Below are positions 56,773 through 64,000 of a DNA stretch of 64,000 nucleotides, in pieces. Position numbers and translations under genes: made by a program. How positions within the stretch are numbered: position 1 is the stretch's first letter; each line of letters begins with the position of its first letter. This stretch comes from Candidatus Hydrogenedentota bacterium (GTDB lineage: Bacteria > Hydrogenedentota > Hydrogenedentia > Hydrogenedentales > SLHB01), in NCBI GenBank assembly GCA_036789645.1, contig DAIQLC010000025.1, positions 1,424-65,423 of the forward strand. Direction: 5' to 3'. The notes beneath the pieces were generated by a model that saw only the letters and a list, made by a program, of their open reading frames with translations, had not been told where the DNA came from and ran no database searches.

Positions 56773-57729
56773 ATGGGGGAATTCAGAGACGTCGTCAAGA
56801 ACATCGTAGCCAACACCGAAACCGTCGTTTTCGGCAAGACCGGGGTCGTCAAGACCGCCCTCGCGGCCGTCCTCGCCGGCGGGCACGTCCTGCTCGAAGA
56901 CGTCCCCGGCGTGGCCAAGACCGTCCTGGTGCGCAGTCTCGCCATCTCGAGCGGCTGCTCGTTCCGGAGGATCCAGTGCACCCCCGACCTGCTGCCCTCC
57001 GACGTCACGGGGGTTTCGATCTTCAACCCCCAGACCCGCGAGTTCGAGTTCCGGCCCGGACCCATCTTCTCCCAGATGCTCGTGGCCGACGAAATCAACC
57101 GGGCCACCCCCCGCACCCAGTCGGCTCTCCTCGAAGCCATGGCGGAGAGCCAGGTGTCCGTTGACGGCCTGACCCACAAGATGGCCGAGCCTTTTATCGT
57201 GTTTGCCACGCAGAATCCCGTCGAACACGAAGGGACGTTCCCGCTCCCTGAAGCCCAGCTCGACCGCTTCATGCTCAAACTTTCCATGGGCTACCCCAGC
57301 CTCATCGTCGAAGCCAAAATGCTCGAGGAAACTCGCCTCAAACACCCCCTGGACAGCCTCCAGCCCGTCGCCGACCCCGTCACCCTCGCCCGCATGCAGC
57401 GGGGCGTCCGGGAGGTCTTCGTCCATGAAAAAGTCCGCGATTACCTTCTGCGGATCGTTGCGGCCACCCGGCAATCGGCCCACCTCACTCTCGGGGCCAG
57501 TCCCCGGGCGTCCATGGCCCTCTTCCGCGCCGCCCAGGCCCTGGCCGCCATCGAGGGTCGCGGTTACGTCATCCCCGACGACATCAAGGTCCTGGCGCAC
57601 CCCGTCGTCGAACATCGCCTCATCCTCAACCCCGAAAGCCGCCTGCGCCGGGTCACCTCGTACACCGTGCTCCACGACATCCTGGAACAGGTCCCCGTCC
57701 CCGCCGGCCGGGCAGATTGGAAACAATAG
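56773..57729 (+). CDS. MoxR-family AAA+ ATPase
   Basis: HVLLEDVPGVAKT Walker A variant, LLADEINRATP Walker B/sensor region, the FIVFATQNP motif and a C-terminal AAA lid, at ~318 aa. These are MoxR hallmarks. Confidence 0.85.
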   Translation: MGEFRDVVKNIVANTETVVFGKTGVVKTALAAVLAGGHVLLEDVPGVAKTVLVRSLAISSGCSFRRIQCTPDLLPSDVTGVSIFNPQTREFEFRPGPIFSQMLVADEINRATPRTQSALLEAMAESQVSVDGLTHKMAEPFIVFATQNPVEHEGTFPLPEAQLDRFMLKLSMGYPSLIVEAKMLEETRLKHPLDSLQPVADPVTLARMQRGVREVFVHEKVRDYLLRIVAATRQSAHLTLGASPRASMALFRAAQALAAIEGRGYVIPDDIKVLAHPVVEHRLILNPESRLRRVTSYTVLHDILEQVPVPAGRADWKQ

Positions 57730-57844
57730 ATCGAATTCTGCATAATCGGGCCAATTTTAGATGCCACTTCCGACACCATCCGTTGTATACTAGGGGTGGT
57801 AGCTGGCAATAACTGGGATAGAACCGGTAAGAATCACCCTGCTC

Positions 57845-58786
57845 ATGATGAGATTGTTCGCACGAAAAAAGGACGCGCCGCAGGAACTCGACGAAAAGGG
57901 AGAGTTCAGTGAAGAGCAGCGCACTCCTTCTACCCTCGAACTCACCCATGTCGGCCCCTACGAGATTATCGCCCCCATCGGCAGCGGCGGCATGGGAACC
58001 GTGTACAAGGCCATCGACCGGAAACGCGACCAGCTCGTCGCTATCAAGGTCCTGGACCGGCGCTACGACCTCGACAAAAAACGGCGCAAACAGGACTATC
58101 TCGGCCGCGAAGTCTTGATTGCCGCCTCGCTCGAACATCCGTCTATCATCCGCATGCACAAGGAAATCGTCGAGCAGGAAGATTCCAACGGAAACGTCCG
58201 GCGCTGCCTCGTCATGGAACTGGTCGACGGCCACAACCTCCGCAAGCACATCAAGGACCGCGACCTGAGCATGAACCAGATGGTCGACCTGACCATCCGC
58301 CTGTGCAACGGCCTCGATTTTCTCCACCAGCATGGCATCGTCCACCGGGACATCAAACCCGAGAACTTCCTCTTCTCGCGCGACATGCGAAAGGTCAAAA
58401 TCGTGGACTTCGGCCTCTCCAAATCCAACGCGAGCTGGCGCACCCGCTGGATGCGGGAAGGCGGGGGGACGCGCCGCTACATGTCGCCCGAACAGCTCTC
58501 GAAAAAGAAGCTCGATGCCCGTTCCGACATTTTCTCCCTCGGCATCACCCTGTACGAACTCTTCGCGGGCAAACACCCCTGCGACGGCCAGGATTCGCGC
58601 GAAATCATGCGGCAGATTCGAAGCAGCAAGTACAAGTTCGAACCGCCCTCCAAACACAATCCCGAAATCCCGCGCCAGATCGACCAGATCATTCTGAAAG
58701 CCCTGCGCCGCCGCCCCGAACGGCGCTACCAATCGGTCACGGAAATGTTGCTGGACCTCTCGCGGGTCTCGGCGTCGCGCATCTGA
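57845..58786 (+). CDS. Eukaryotic-type Ser/Thr protein kinase (soluble, ~313 aa)
   Basis: IGSGGMGTVYKA, AIKVL, HRDIKPENFLF, DFGLSK and MSPEQ. Confidence 0.8.
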   Translation: MMRLFARKKDAPQELDEKGEFSEEQRTPSTLELTHVGPYEIIAPIGSGGMGTVYKAIDRKRDQLVAIKVLDRRYDLDKKRRKQDYLGREVLIAASLEHPSIIRMHKEIVEQEDSNGNVRRCLVMELVDGHNLRKHIKDRDLSMNQMVDLTIRLCNGLDFLHQHGIVHRDIKPENFLFSRDMRKVKIVDFGLSKSNASWRTRWMREGGGTRRYMSPEQLSKKKLDARSDIFSLGITLYELFAGKHPCDGQDSREIMRQIRSSKYKFEPPSKHNPEIPRQIDQIILKALRRRPERRYQSVTEMLLDLSRVSASRI

Positions 58787-58853
58787 AACGCGGAGGGGCC
58801 TTGCGGCAACCGGCCCCCGGCCAACTCAAGGCAAAAGGAACATAAAGGAAAGC

Positions 58854-60080
58854 ATGGGTCCTAAGAAACGCAAAGACGACATCAGCCTGACAAAGATCAT
58901 TCTCGGCATCTGCCTGATTGCGGTCATCGCCTTCGGCGTGCACCGCGCCGCACGCTGGTTCAAGGAAGACTATGTCGGCGGCGCCCTGGAAGCCGCCGCG
59001 CCCTCGGAACTGGCGCGCGCCGAAGAGGCGTTCCAGGCCGACAACCTCGACGAGGCCCGCGGCATCCTGCTCCCCATCGTCGAAAAGACCCGCAATGACG
59101 CCATCTCCCCCCAGGCCCTGCTTCTCCTTGCTCGGGTGGAAGAGCGCGGGGGAGACAGCCAGAAATGCCTCGCCTACCTCAAGCGGGCGGCGGAAGAGTT
59201 CCCCGAAAGCCCCATCAGCGCCCAGGCCGAACTCGCCTATGCCCGCGCCCTGGAAAAACACGGCCAAGCCGACGAGGCCCTCGCCATCTTCACTGCCCTC
59301 CAGGAAAACGCCGCGCCCGAAGTGCGCGCGCCCGCCCTCTGCGGTCTCGCTCGCGCCGCCGAACGCGCGGATGATCTCGAACAGGCCCGCGCCCTGTGCC
59401 GCGAAGCCGTGCGCGACGCCGCCTGGAATTCGCCCGACTGGGACGAAGCCGCCGAGGCGCTCGGACGCTTGAATATCGCGCTCATTTTCTCCCCCAAACC
59501 CACCCCCGAAAGCCAGGTCTACACCGTGGAACGCGGCGACAATCTCACCAACATCGGGATGAAGCTCAACACCACCCAGGGCCTCCTGATGCGCGCCAAC
59601 GCGCTCGACAAAGTCACCACGCTCAACGTCGGCGACCGCATCAAATTCACGCCCAGGGATTTCCGGATCATCATCGAGCGTTCCACCTGCCGGCTCTTCC
59701 TGCTCGACGGCGATGGCCTCTTCAAGTGCTACCGCGTCGGGCTGGGCAAGACCGGACACGAGACCACCCTCGGTGAATACCGCATCGGCAACAAGCAGGT
59801 GGACCCCACCTGGTTCAAGCCCAACGCCGGGCCCATTCCCCCCGGCGACCCCAGAAATGAGCTGGGCTCGCGCTGGATGCCCCTCGTCCCCGAACGGGAG
59901 GAACTCCCCACCGACCTCGGCATTCACGGAACCATCGCGCCCGAAACCATCGGCGAACACTCCTCGAGCGGATGCGCCCGCATGCACAACGCGGACGTAG
60001 AGGAATTGTACGACCTCGTCGTGCGTTCCACTCCCGTCGAGATTGTCGAAACGGTGGACCCGCGCGATCTGGGCCTGTAG
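58854..60080 (+). CDS. L,D-transpeptidase (YkuD domain) with N-terminal membrane anchor, TPR-like region and LysM domain
   Basis: TM anchor ILGICLIAVIAFGV. The LysM domain is YTVERGDNLTNIGMKLNTTQGLLMRANAL. The YkuD catalytic region is LGIHGT...SSGCARM (His/Cys). Confidence 0.8.
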   Translation: MGPKKRKDDISLTKIILGICLIAVIAFGVHRAARWFKEDYVGGALEAAAPSELARAEEAFQADNLDEARGILLPIVEKTRNDAISPQALLLLARVEERGGDSQKCLAYLKRAAEEFPESPISAQAELAYARALEKHGQADEALAIFTALQENAAPEVRAPALCGLARAAERADDLEQARALCREAVRDAAWNSPDWDEAAEALGRLNIALIFSPKPTPESQVYTVERGDNLTNIGMKLNTTQGLLMRANALDKVTTLNVGDRIKFTPRDFRIIIERSTCRLFLLDGDGLFKCYRVGLGKTGHETTLGEYRIGNKQVDPTWFKPNAGPIPPGDPRNELGSRWMPLVPEREELPTDLGIHGTIAPETIGEHSSSGCARMHNADVEELYDLVVRSTPVEIVETVDPRDLGL

Positions 60081-60132
60081 GCAGCCGGGAACCGTTTCCC
60101 GCTGCCGGCATGGCATACGCGACGACGAGTAT

Positions 60133-60162
60133 TGACTTTCAATCTGCAACACCTGAATAATA
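60133..60162 (+). promoter_or_regulatory. Candidate sigma70 promoter TTGACT (60133-60138), 17-nt spacer, AATAAT (60156-60161), upstream of the GAF-GGDEF gene
   Basis: Sequence match only. Confidence 0.3.
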
Positions 60163-60243
60163 CGAGAGCGTGGCGGAAGTACTTCCCGGTAAAGAACTTG
60201 AGACGACCGTGCCGGACAGGGGGACAAGCCGCCCGGGGGAATC

Positions 60244-61872
60244 ATGGAAGCGCTGTGGGATCGCATTGAGGAACTGGCCATGGACAAATCCGGCTCCGGA
60301 AAGCTCGTGCCCGTCGAAGACGCCGGCCTCTTTCTGGCGCTCGCCGTGGAAACTGCCCGTTTTTGCGAGGCCAATCGCGATGCCTCCACTGTCGTGTTCG
60401 CCGATGCCCAGACAGCCGGTCAGGTCCCCCAACTGGCGGCCGTCGTTCAACACGCGGCCTTTGCCGCATGCACCGGCCCCCGCCCCGAGAGCTGGAAAAA
60501 GGCCGGCAATACCGTTCAAGTGCAATCGCCCGACAAACTGCTTGAACATCGGTTTCTCATGGTTTTTTCGCCATCCCTCAGCTTCGCCATCGCGGGCGTC
60601 CACATCAACACGGCCGCGCAAAACCTCTTCCGCGGCGGGTGGACCTGCGAACGCAAATGCGTGGAATCCATGCTCCAGGAATTCGCCGCGGCGTCCCAGC
60701 TCTCCTGCAACGCGCCGACCGCCCCCGCAGCCGCACCGGATGCGGCCGAAACCTCGCTGCTCCTGGCCACGCGCCTCATGACCAGCATGGTGGCGCACTT
60801 CTCCGCCCGGCAACAGGACATCGCGATGGATCGCCACGACCTGTTCTCGGTGCTGGAAATCCTGAAAGCCATTTCATCGCGGCGCCGGGCACACGATGTG
60901 CTCTTCGTGTTCGTGGAGCAGATCGCCCGCGTCATCGAAACCAACCGCTGTTCCATCGTGCAGGTCTGGGGCGGGGAACGGAAGGGTCGCGTCCAGGCCT
61001 CCCACGAAGACGAAACCGTCTCCGACCTCGTCATCGACCTGGAGAAGTACCCCGAGATCCTGCATGCCATGGAAACCCGCCAGAAAGTCGTGATCAACGA
61101 CGTCGCGCGGCATCGTCTGACCCGGCAATATGCCCGCCAGCTGTCCGAGGCCGGCATCCGGGTCCTCATGGTCATTCCCATCGTGCTGTTCGACCCCAAC
61201 GTGGGTTCGCTGTTCCTGCGCGTCACCCGGCGCCGCGGTTCCTTTGCGCTGCGCGAAATCGGCTTCTGTGAAATCGTCGCCGAGGCCGCCGGCAACGCCC
61301 TCGAACGCGCGCAGCTCTTCGAGCGCATTCAGCGCGCCAATGAGCGCCTCGAACGCCTCGCCGTTACCGACGCCCTCACCGGCCTTCACAACCGCCGCCA
61401 TTTCCATCAACGGCTCCAGGAAGAGTATCAGCGAAGCAAACGCTACGCCCTGCCGCTCGCATGTGTCATGTTCGACATCGACGATTTCAAGAAAATCAAC
61501 GATACCTACGGGCACCTTCAGGGCGATTCCGTGCTTCGCGAAATCGCCGCTCAAACCAACGCGCTCATCCGCAAGACCGATATCTGCGCCCGCTATGGCG
61601 GCGAGGAGTTTGTCATTGTCATGCCCCAGACCGGCATCGTGGGCGCGCGCTCTCAGGCGCACCGCCTGCTCGAGGTCCTGCGGACCCACAAATACCCCGG
61701 GCTGCCCCCCAAGGCCAGGGTCACCGTGAGTATCGGCGTTGCCGTCCTCGATTTGGACACCATGGACAATTGCGACGCCCTGGTTGCACAGGCCGATGTC
61801 GCCCTGTACGAGGCCAAACGCCTCGGCAAGAACCGGGTGGTCGTCGCACAGACTTCGGGAGACAAAACGTGA
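60244..61872 (+). CDS. Diguanylate cyclase (GGDEF) with N-terminal sensory region (DICT-like plus GAF-like)
   Basis: C-terminal GGDEF domain DALTGLHNRRHF...RYGGEEFVIVMP. A GAF-like segment precedes it (VIETNRCSIVQVWGGE...). The DICT assignment for the N-terminus is tentative. Confidence 0.8.
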   Translation: MEALWDRIEELAMDKSGSGKLVPVEDAGLFLALAVETARFCEANRDASTVVFADAQTAGQVPQLAAVVQHAAFAACTGPRPESWKKAGNTVQVQSPDKLLEHRFLMVFSPSLSFAIAGVHINTAAQNLFRGGWTCERKCVESMLQEFAAASQLSCNAPTAPAAAPDAAETSLLLATRLMTSMVAHFSARQQDIAMDRHDLFSVLEILKAISSRRRAHDVLFVFVEQIARVIETNRCSIVQVWGGERKGRVQASHEDETVSDLVIDLEKYPEILHAMETRQKVVINDVARHRLTRQYARQLSEAGIRVLMVIPIVLFDPNVGSLFLRVTRRRGSFALREIGFCEIVAEAAGNALERAQLFERIQRANERLERLAVTDALTGLHNRRHFHQRLQEEYQRSKRYALPLACVMFDIDDFKKINDTYGHLQGDSVLREIAAQTNALIRKTDICARYGGEEFVIVMPQTGIVGARSQAHRLLEVLRTHKYPGLPPKARVTVSIGVAVLDLDTMDNCDALVAQADVALYEAKRLGKNRVVVAQTSGDKT

Positions 61873-62423
61873 AACGTCCTGTCCTGTTCCTCTTGGTTGT
61901 GGCCGTCTCGCTCGCGGGCTGTCAGACGTTCATGCCTGCCTTCACCCGCATGAAGCCGACGTACGAAGAGTTGCCCGCCGATGCGCTGAAGGAAAGCGCC
62001 CTCAAAATCGAGCGCGCCATCCAGGACGGAACCCCTCCCGAACTTGCCGACACCCCCGCGCTTACCCTCAATGCGCCCCCCATCCAGCAAGCCATCCAGA
62101 CCCGCGTGTCCCGCGCCGCACTGGTCAACGAACTCCTCGATAAAGGGTTCGCCTGGGAACGCCAAAACGGGCACCTCTACATCATCCGCAATCGCGAATA
62201 CAAACAGGCCACCACACGCCGTGAACGCGATCGCAACGCCCTGATCGTCACCGGCGAATGGGACGACCGCTGGATGCTCTACGAGCAACTGCGCAAGGTC
62301 AATGATTTCCCCCCGAAATCCCTCTCGGCCATCCAGCGCATCTTCCATGAGGCCCGGCTCGAAGTCATGAAGACCGGCCAGTTGTACGAAACCGGCGACG
62401 GCGACCCCGCCCCGAAACAATAG
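61869..62423 (+). CDS. Hypothetical lipoprotein
   Basis: GTG start overlaps the GGDEF stop (ACGTGA). Signal/lipobox VKRPVLFLLVVAVSLAGCQ. No family was recognised. Confidence 0.45.
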   Translation: MKRPVLFLLVVAVSLAGCQTFMPAFTRMKPTYEELPADALKESALKIERAIQDGTPPELADTPALTLNAPPIQQAIQTRVSRAALVNELLDKGFAWERQNGHLYIIRNREYKQATTRRERDRNALIVTGEWDDRWMLYEQLRKVNDFPPKSLSAIQRIFHEARLEVMKTGQLYETGDGDPAPKQ

Positions 62424-62441
62424 CGCCCGGCGGAGCAAGGA

Positions 62442-63287
62442 ATGACACTCGTAGCGCTCTTCGCGGTCTTGGCCGCCCTCGGCGGAAGTTCCGGCCCGCC
62501 CGGCGCATGCGCGCACCGAGGCGATGTCCGGTTCTTTCCCGAAAACACCCTGCCCGCCTTCACGTCCGCGGTCGCCAAAGGCGCACACATGATCGAGTTC
62601 GATGTATACCTGACCAGCGACGGCGTGCCGATCATCATCCACGACAATACGTTGGACCGCACCACGAACGGCACGGGCAACGTCACCGCATACTCACTGG
62701 AGGAATTGCGCACGCTGGATGCCGGAGCCTGGTTCGATCCGAAATTCGCCGGCACGCGTATCCCCACTCTTCAGGAGACATTGGCGGTGATTCCCCGGTA
62801 CATCCTCTGTAATGTGCACCTAAAGTCAGCCCCCGGGCTGGCCGCGGCAACAACCGCCGTCATCGCAGGGGAAGAGCGTCTCGACCAGTGTGTGCTGGCA
62901 TGCTCCATCGAACAGGCCGCGGAGGCCCGGAGCGTGGCCCCTGAAATCAGGATCTGCAACATGAGCGAGCGGCGCCGATCCCTGGCCGAATACGTCGACG
63001 CCACGCACAGGACCAACGCCGCATTTCTACAAGTCCATCATAGAACGGCCGACGGCCTTGCCGAACAGCTTGCCAGAGCAAGAGAATGGGGCATTACCGC
63101 CAATTACTTCTATGCCGATACCCCGGACGATATCCGGCGTGTGGCGGATGCCGGAGCCCATTATATACTTACCAACGACCTGGACACCTGCCTCGCCGTG
63201 TTGCGGAACGAGTTCGGGGTCCGGCCCGCACGCCATCCCGTGAAGGCGCCGGCCACCCGAAAGTCCACGGCGCCGCCATCCCGGTAG
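62442..63287 (+). CDS. Glycerophosphodiester phosphodiesterase (GDPD family)
   Basis: AHRG, EFDV and IIHD catalytic motifs, then the GDPD TIM-barrel pattern (ELRTLDAGAWF). Confidence 0.75.
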   Translation: MTLVALFAVLAALGGSSGPPGACAHRGDVRFFPENTLPAFTSAVAKGAHMIEFDVYLTSDGVPIIIHDNTLDRTTNGTGNVTAYSLEELRTLDAGAWFDPKFAGTRIPTLQETLAVIPRYILCNVHLKSAPGLAAATTAVIAGEERLDQCVLACSIEQAAEARSVAPEIRICNMSERRRSLAEYVDATHRTNAAFLQVHHRTADGLAEQLARAREWGITANYFYADTPDDIRRVADAGAHYILTNDLDTCLAVLRNEFGVRPARHPVKAPATRKSTAPPSR

Positions 63288-63322
63288 CCTCCGCAACCCG
63301 GGACTGACTGTGGTGCGGTTGT

Positions 63323-63790
63323 CTATAGGCTCTGCGCTGCCTCCAGCACATCCTCGGCGTGGCCTTCCGGCTTCACCTTTGGCCATACCTTCGCGATCCT
63401 GCCGTCTCTGTCGATGAGAAACGTGCTGCGCTGAACTCCCCAGTATTTCTTGCCGTACATGCTCTTTTCGACCCAGACGCCATACTTTTCCGCGACTTCG
63501 TGGTTCTCATCGGCAAGCAATTCGAACGAAAGCCCGTATTTCCCGGCGAACGTGCAGTGGGAGGCCACGCCGTCCGGGCTCACCCCCAGCACGCGCACCC
63601 CGGCCTTTTCATAGTTGGCCGCCAGCGCCTGAAACCCCTTGGCTTCCACGGTGCAGCCGGGCGTATCGTCCTTCGGGTAGAAGTAAACAACTACCGGGCT
63701 TCCCGAAATATCCGACAACTTCACGTTCGTCCCGCTGCTCGAGGGCAGAGTGAAGGCCGGCGCTTTCTTCCCAACTTCAGGCAGTGACAT
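63323..63790 (-). CDS. bcp: Thiol peroxidase Bcp (peroxiredoxin, AhpC/TSA family)
   Basis: PKDDTPGCT peroxidatic-Cys motif and Bcp-like architecture at ~155 aa. ATG 63790 follows AGGAG. Confidence 0.85.
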   Translation of the reverse strand: MSLPEVGKKAPAFTLPSSSGTNVKLSDISGSPVVVYFYPKDDTPGCTVEAKGFQALAANYEKAGVRVLGVSPDGVASHCTFAGKYGLSFELLADENHEVAEKYGVWVEKSMYGKKYWGVQRSTFLIDRDGRIAKVWPKVKPEGHAEDVLEAAQSL

Positions 63791-64000
63791 ACGGTTTCTC
63801 CTTCTTGATTCGGGGCGGTTCGTCACCCGGCGCCCCCTCCGTAGACTAACACAGCCCCGCCCCTGGAAAATCCCTCAAGACTCCGCGGCATCAGCCGCTT
63901 GCTCTACTCGCAGACAATGAAAACGGGACTCCCGGGACCCCGGAACGGGGTCAAGAAGAGATTGGCCACAGAGAACACTAAGTTTGAAGACGCCGGACAA

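Noticed and set aside
60081-60106. GC-rich hairpin (GCAGCCGGGAA...TTCCCGCTGC) after the L,D-transpeptidase gene as a terminator
   Set aside because: There is no downstream U-tract, so it is not called a rho-independent terminator.
1-64000. CRISPR arrays, rRNA genes
   Set aside because: There are no regularly spaced direct repeats of 25-40 nt. There are no long stretches with rRNA-like conserved motifs.

Overview
This is a GC-rich (roughly two-thirds G+C by eye) bacterial chromosomal segment with about 55 plausible protein-coding genes on both strands. Ribosome-binding sites of the GGAGG/AAGGAG type are frequent 5-10 nt upstream of the chosen starts, and several adjacent genes overlap by 1-8 nt. 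I found no rRNA, tRNA or CRISPR array. The gene content suggests a glycan-degrading Gram-negative lifestyle: a Pal/CpoB envelope pair, several sulfatase-fold genes, three Gfo/Idh/MocA oxidoreductases, three xylose-isomerase-like TIM-barrel proteins, an exported BNR/sialidase-like protein, a DUF1573 protein and a dockerin-tagged trypsin-like protease. Assigning this to the PVC superphylum is inference only. Housekeeping genes are purB, gnd, PPi-phosphofructokinase (pfp), pdxB, bcp, an aldo/keto reductase, an iron-containing alcohol dehydrogenase and an SDR. Signalling genes include two eukaryotic-type Ser/Thr kinases, a PAS histidine kinase, a REC-PAS-GGDEF regulator, a GAF-GGDEF cyclase, a MoxR ATPase, and an NsrR-like Rrf2 regulator with ytfE behind a consensus sigma70 promoter. 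Features worth a second look: (1) a translationally coupled minus-strand operon of an archaeal-type IMP-cyclohydrolase (PurO)-like protein, an AAA+ ATPase with a long novel N-terminal domain, a TPR protein, purB and a DAGK-type lipid kinase, followed by a neutral-ceramidase homologue (11720..16186; ceramidase 9370..10641); (2) two paralogous sulfatase-fold genes whose formylglycine motif C-x-P-x-R is replaced by T-T-P-A-Y; (3) a low-GC 670-bp cassette carrying a GxxExxY gene between 22-bp perfect inverted repeats; (4) a LarA-like/PdxB/HAD/SDR cluster with no LarBCE; (5) a GlcNAc-kinase-like, DUF1573 and eukaryotic-type UDP-GlcNAc pyrophosphorylase cluster; (6) an Nramp homologue whose DPGN metal-site motif reads GSGE. 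Long ORFs antisense to these genes are treated as GC artefacts.
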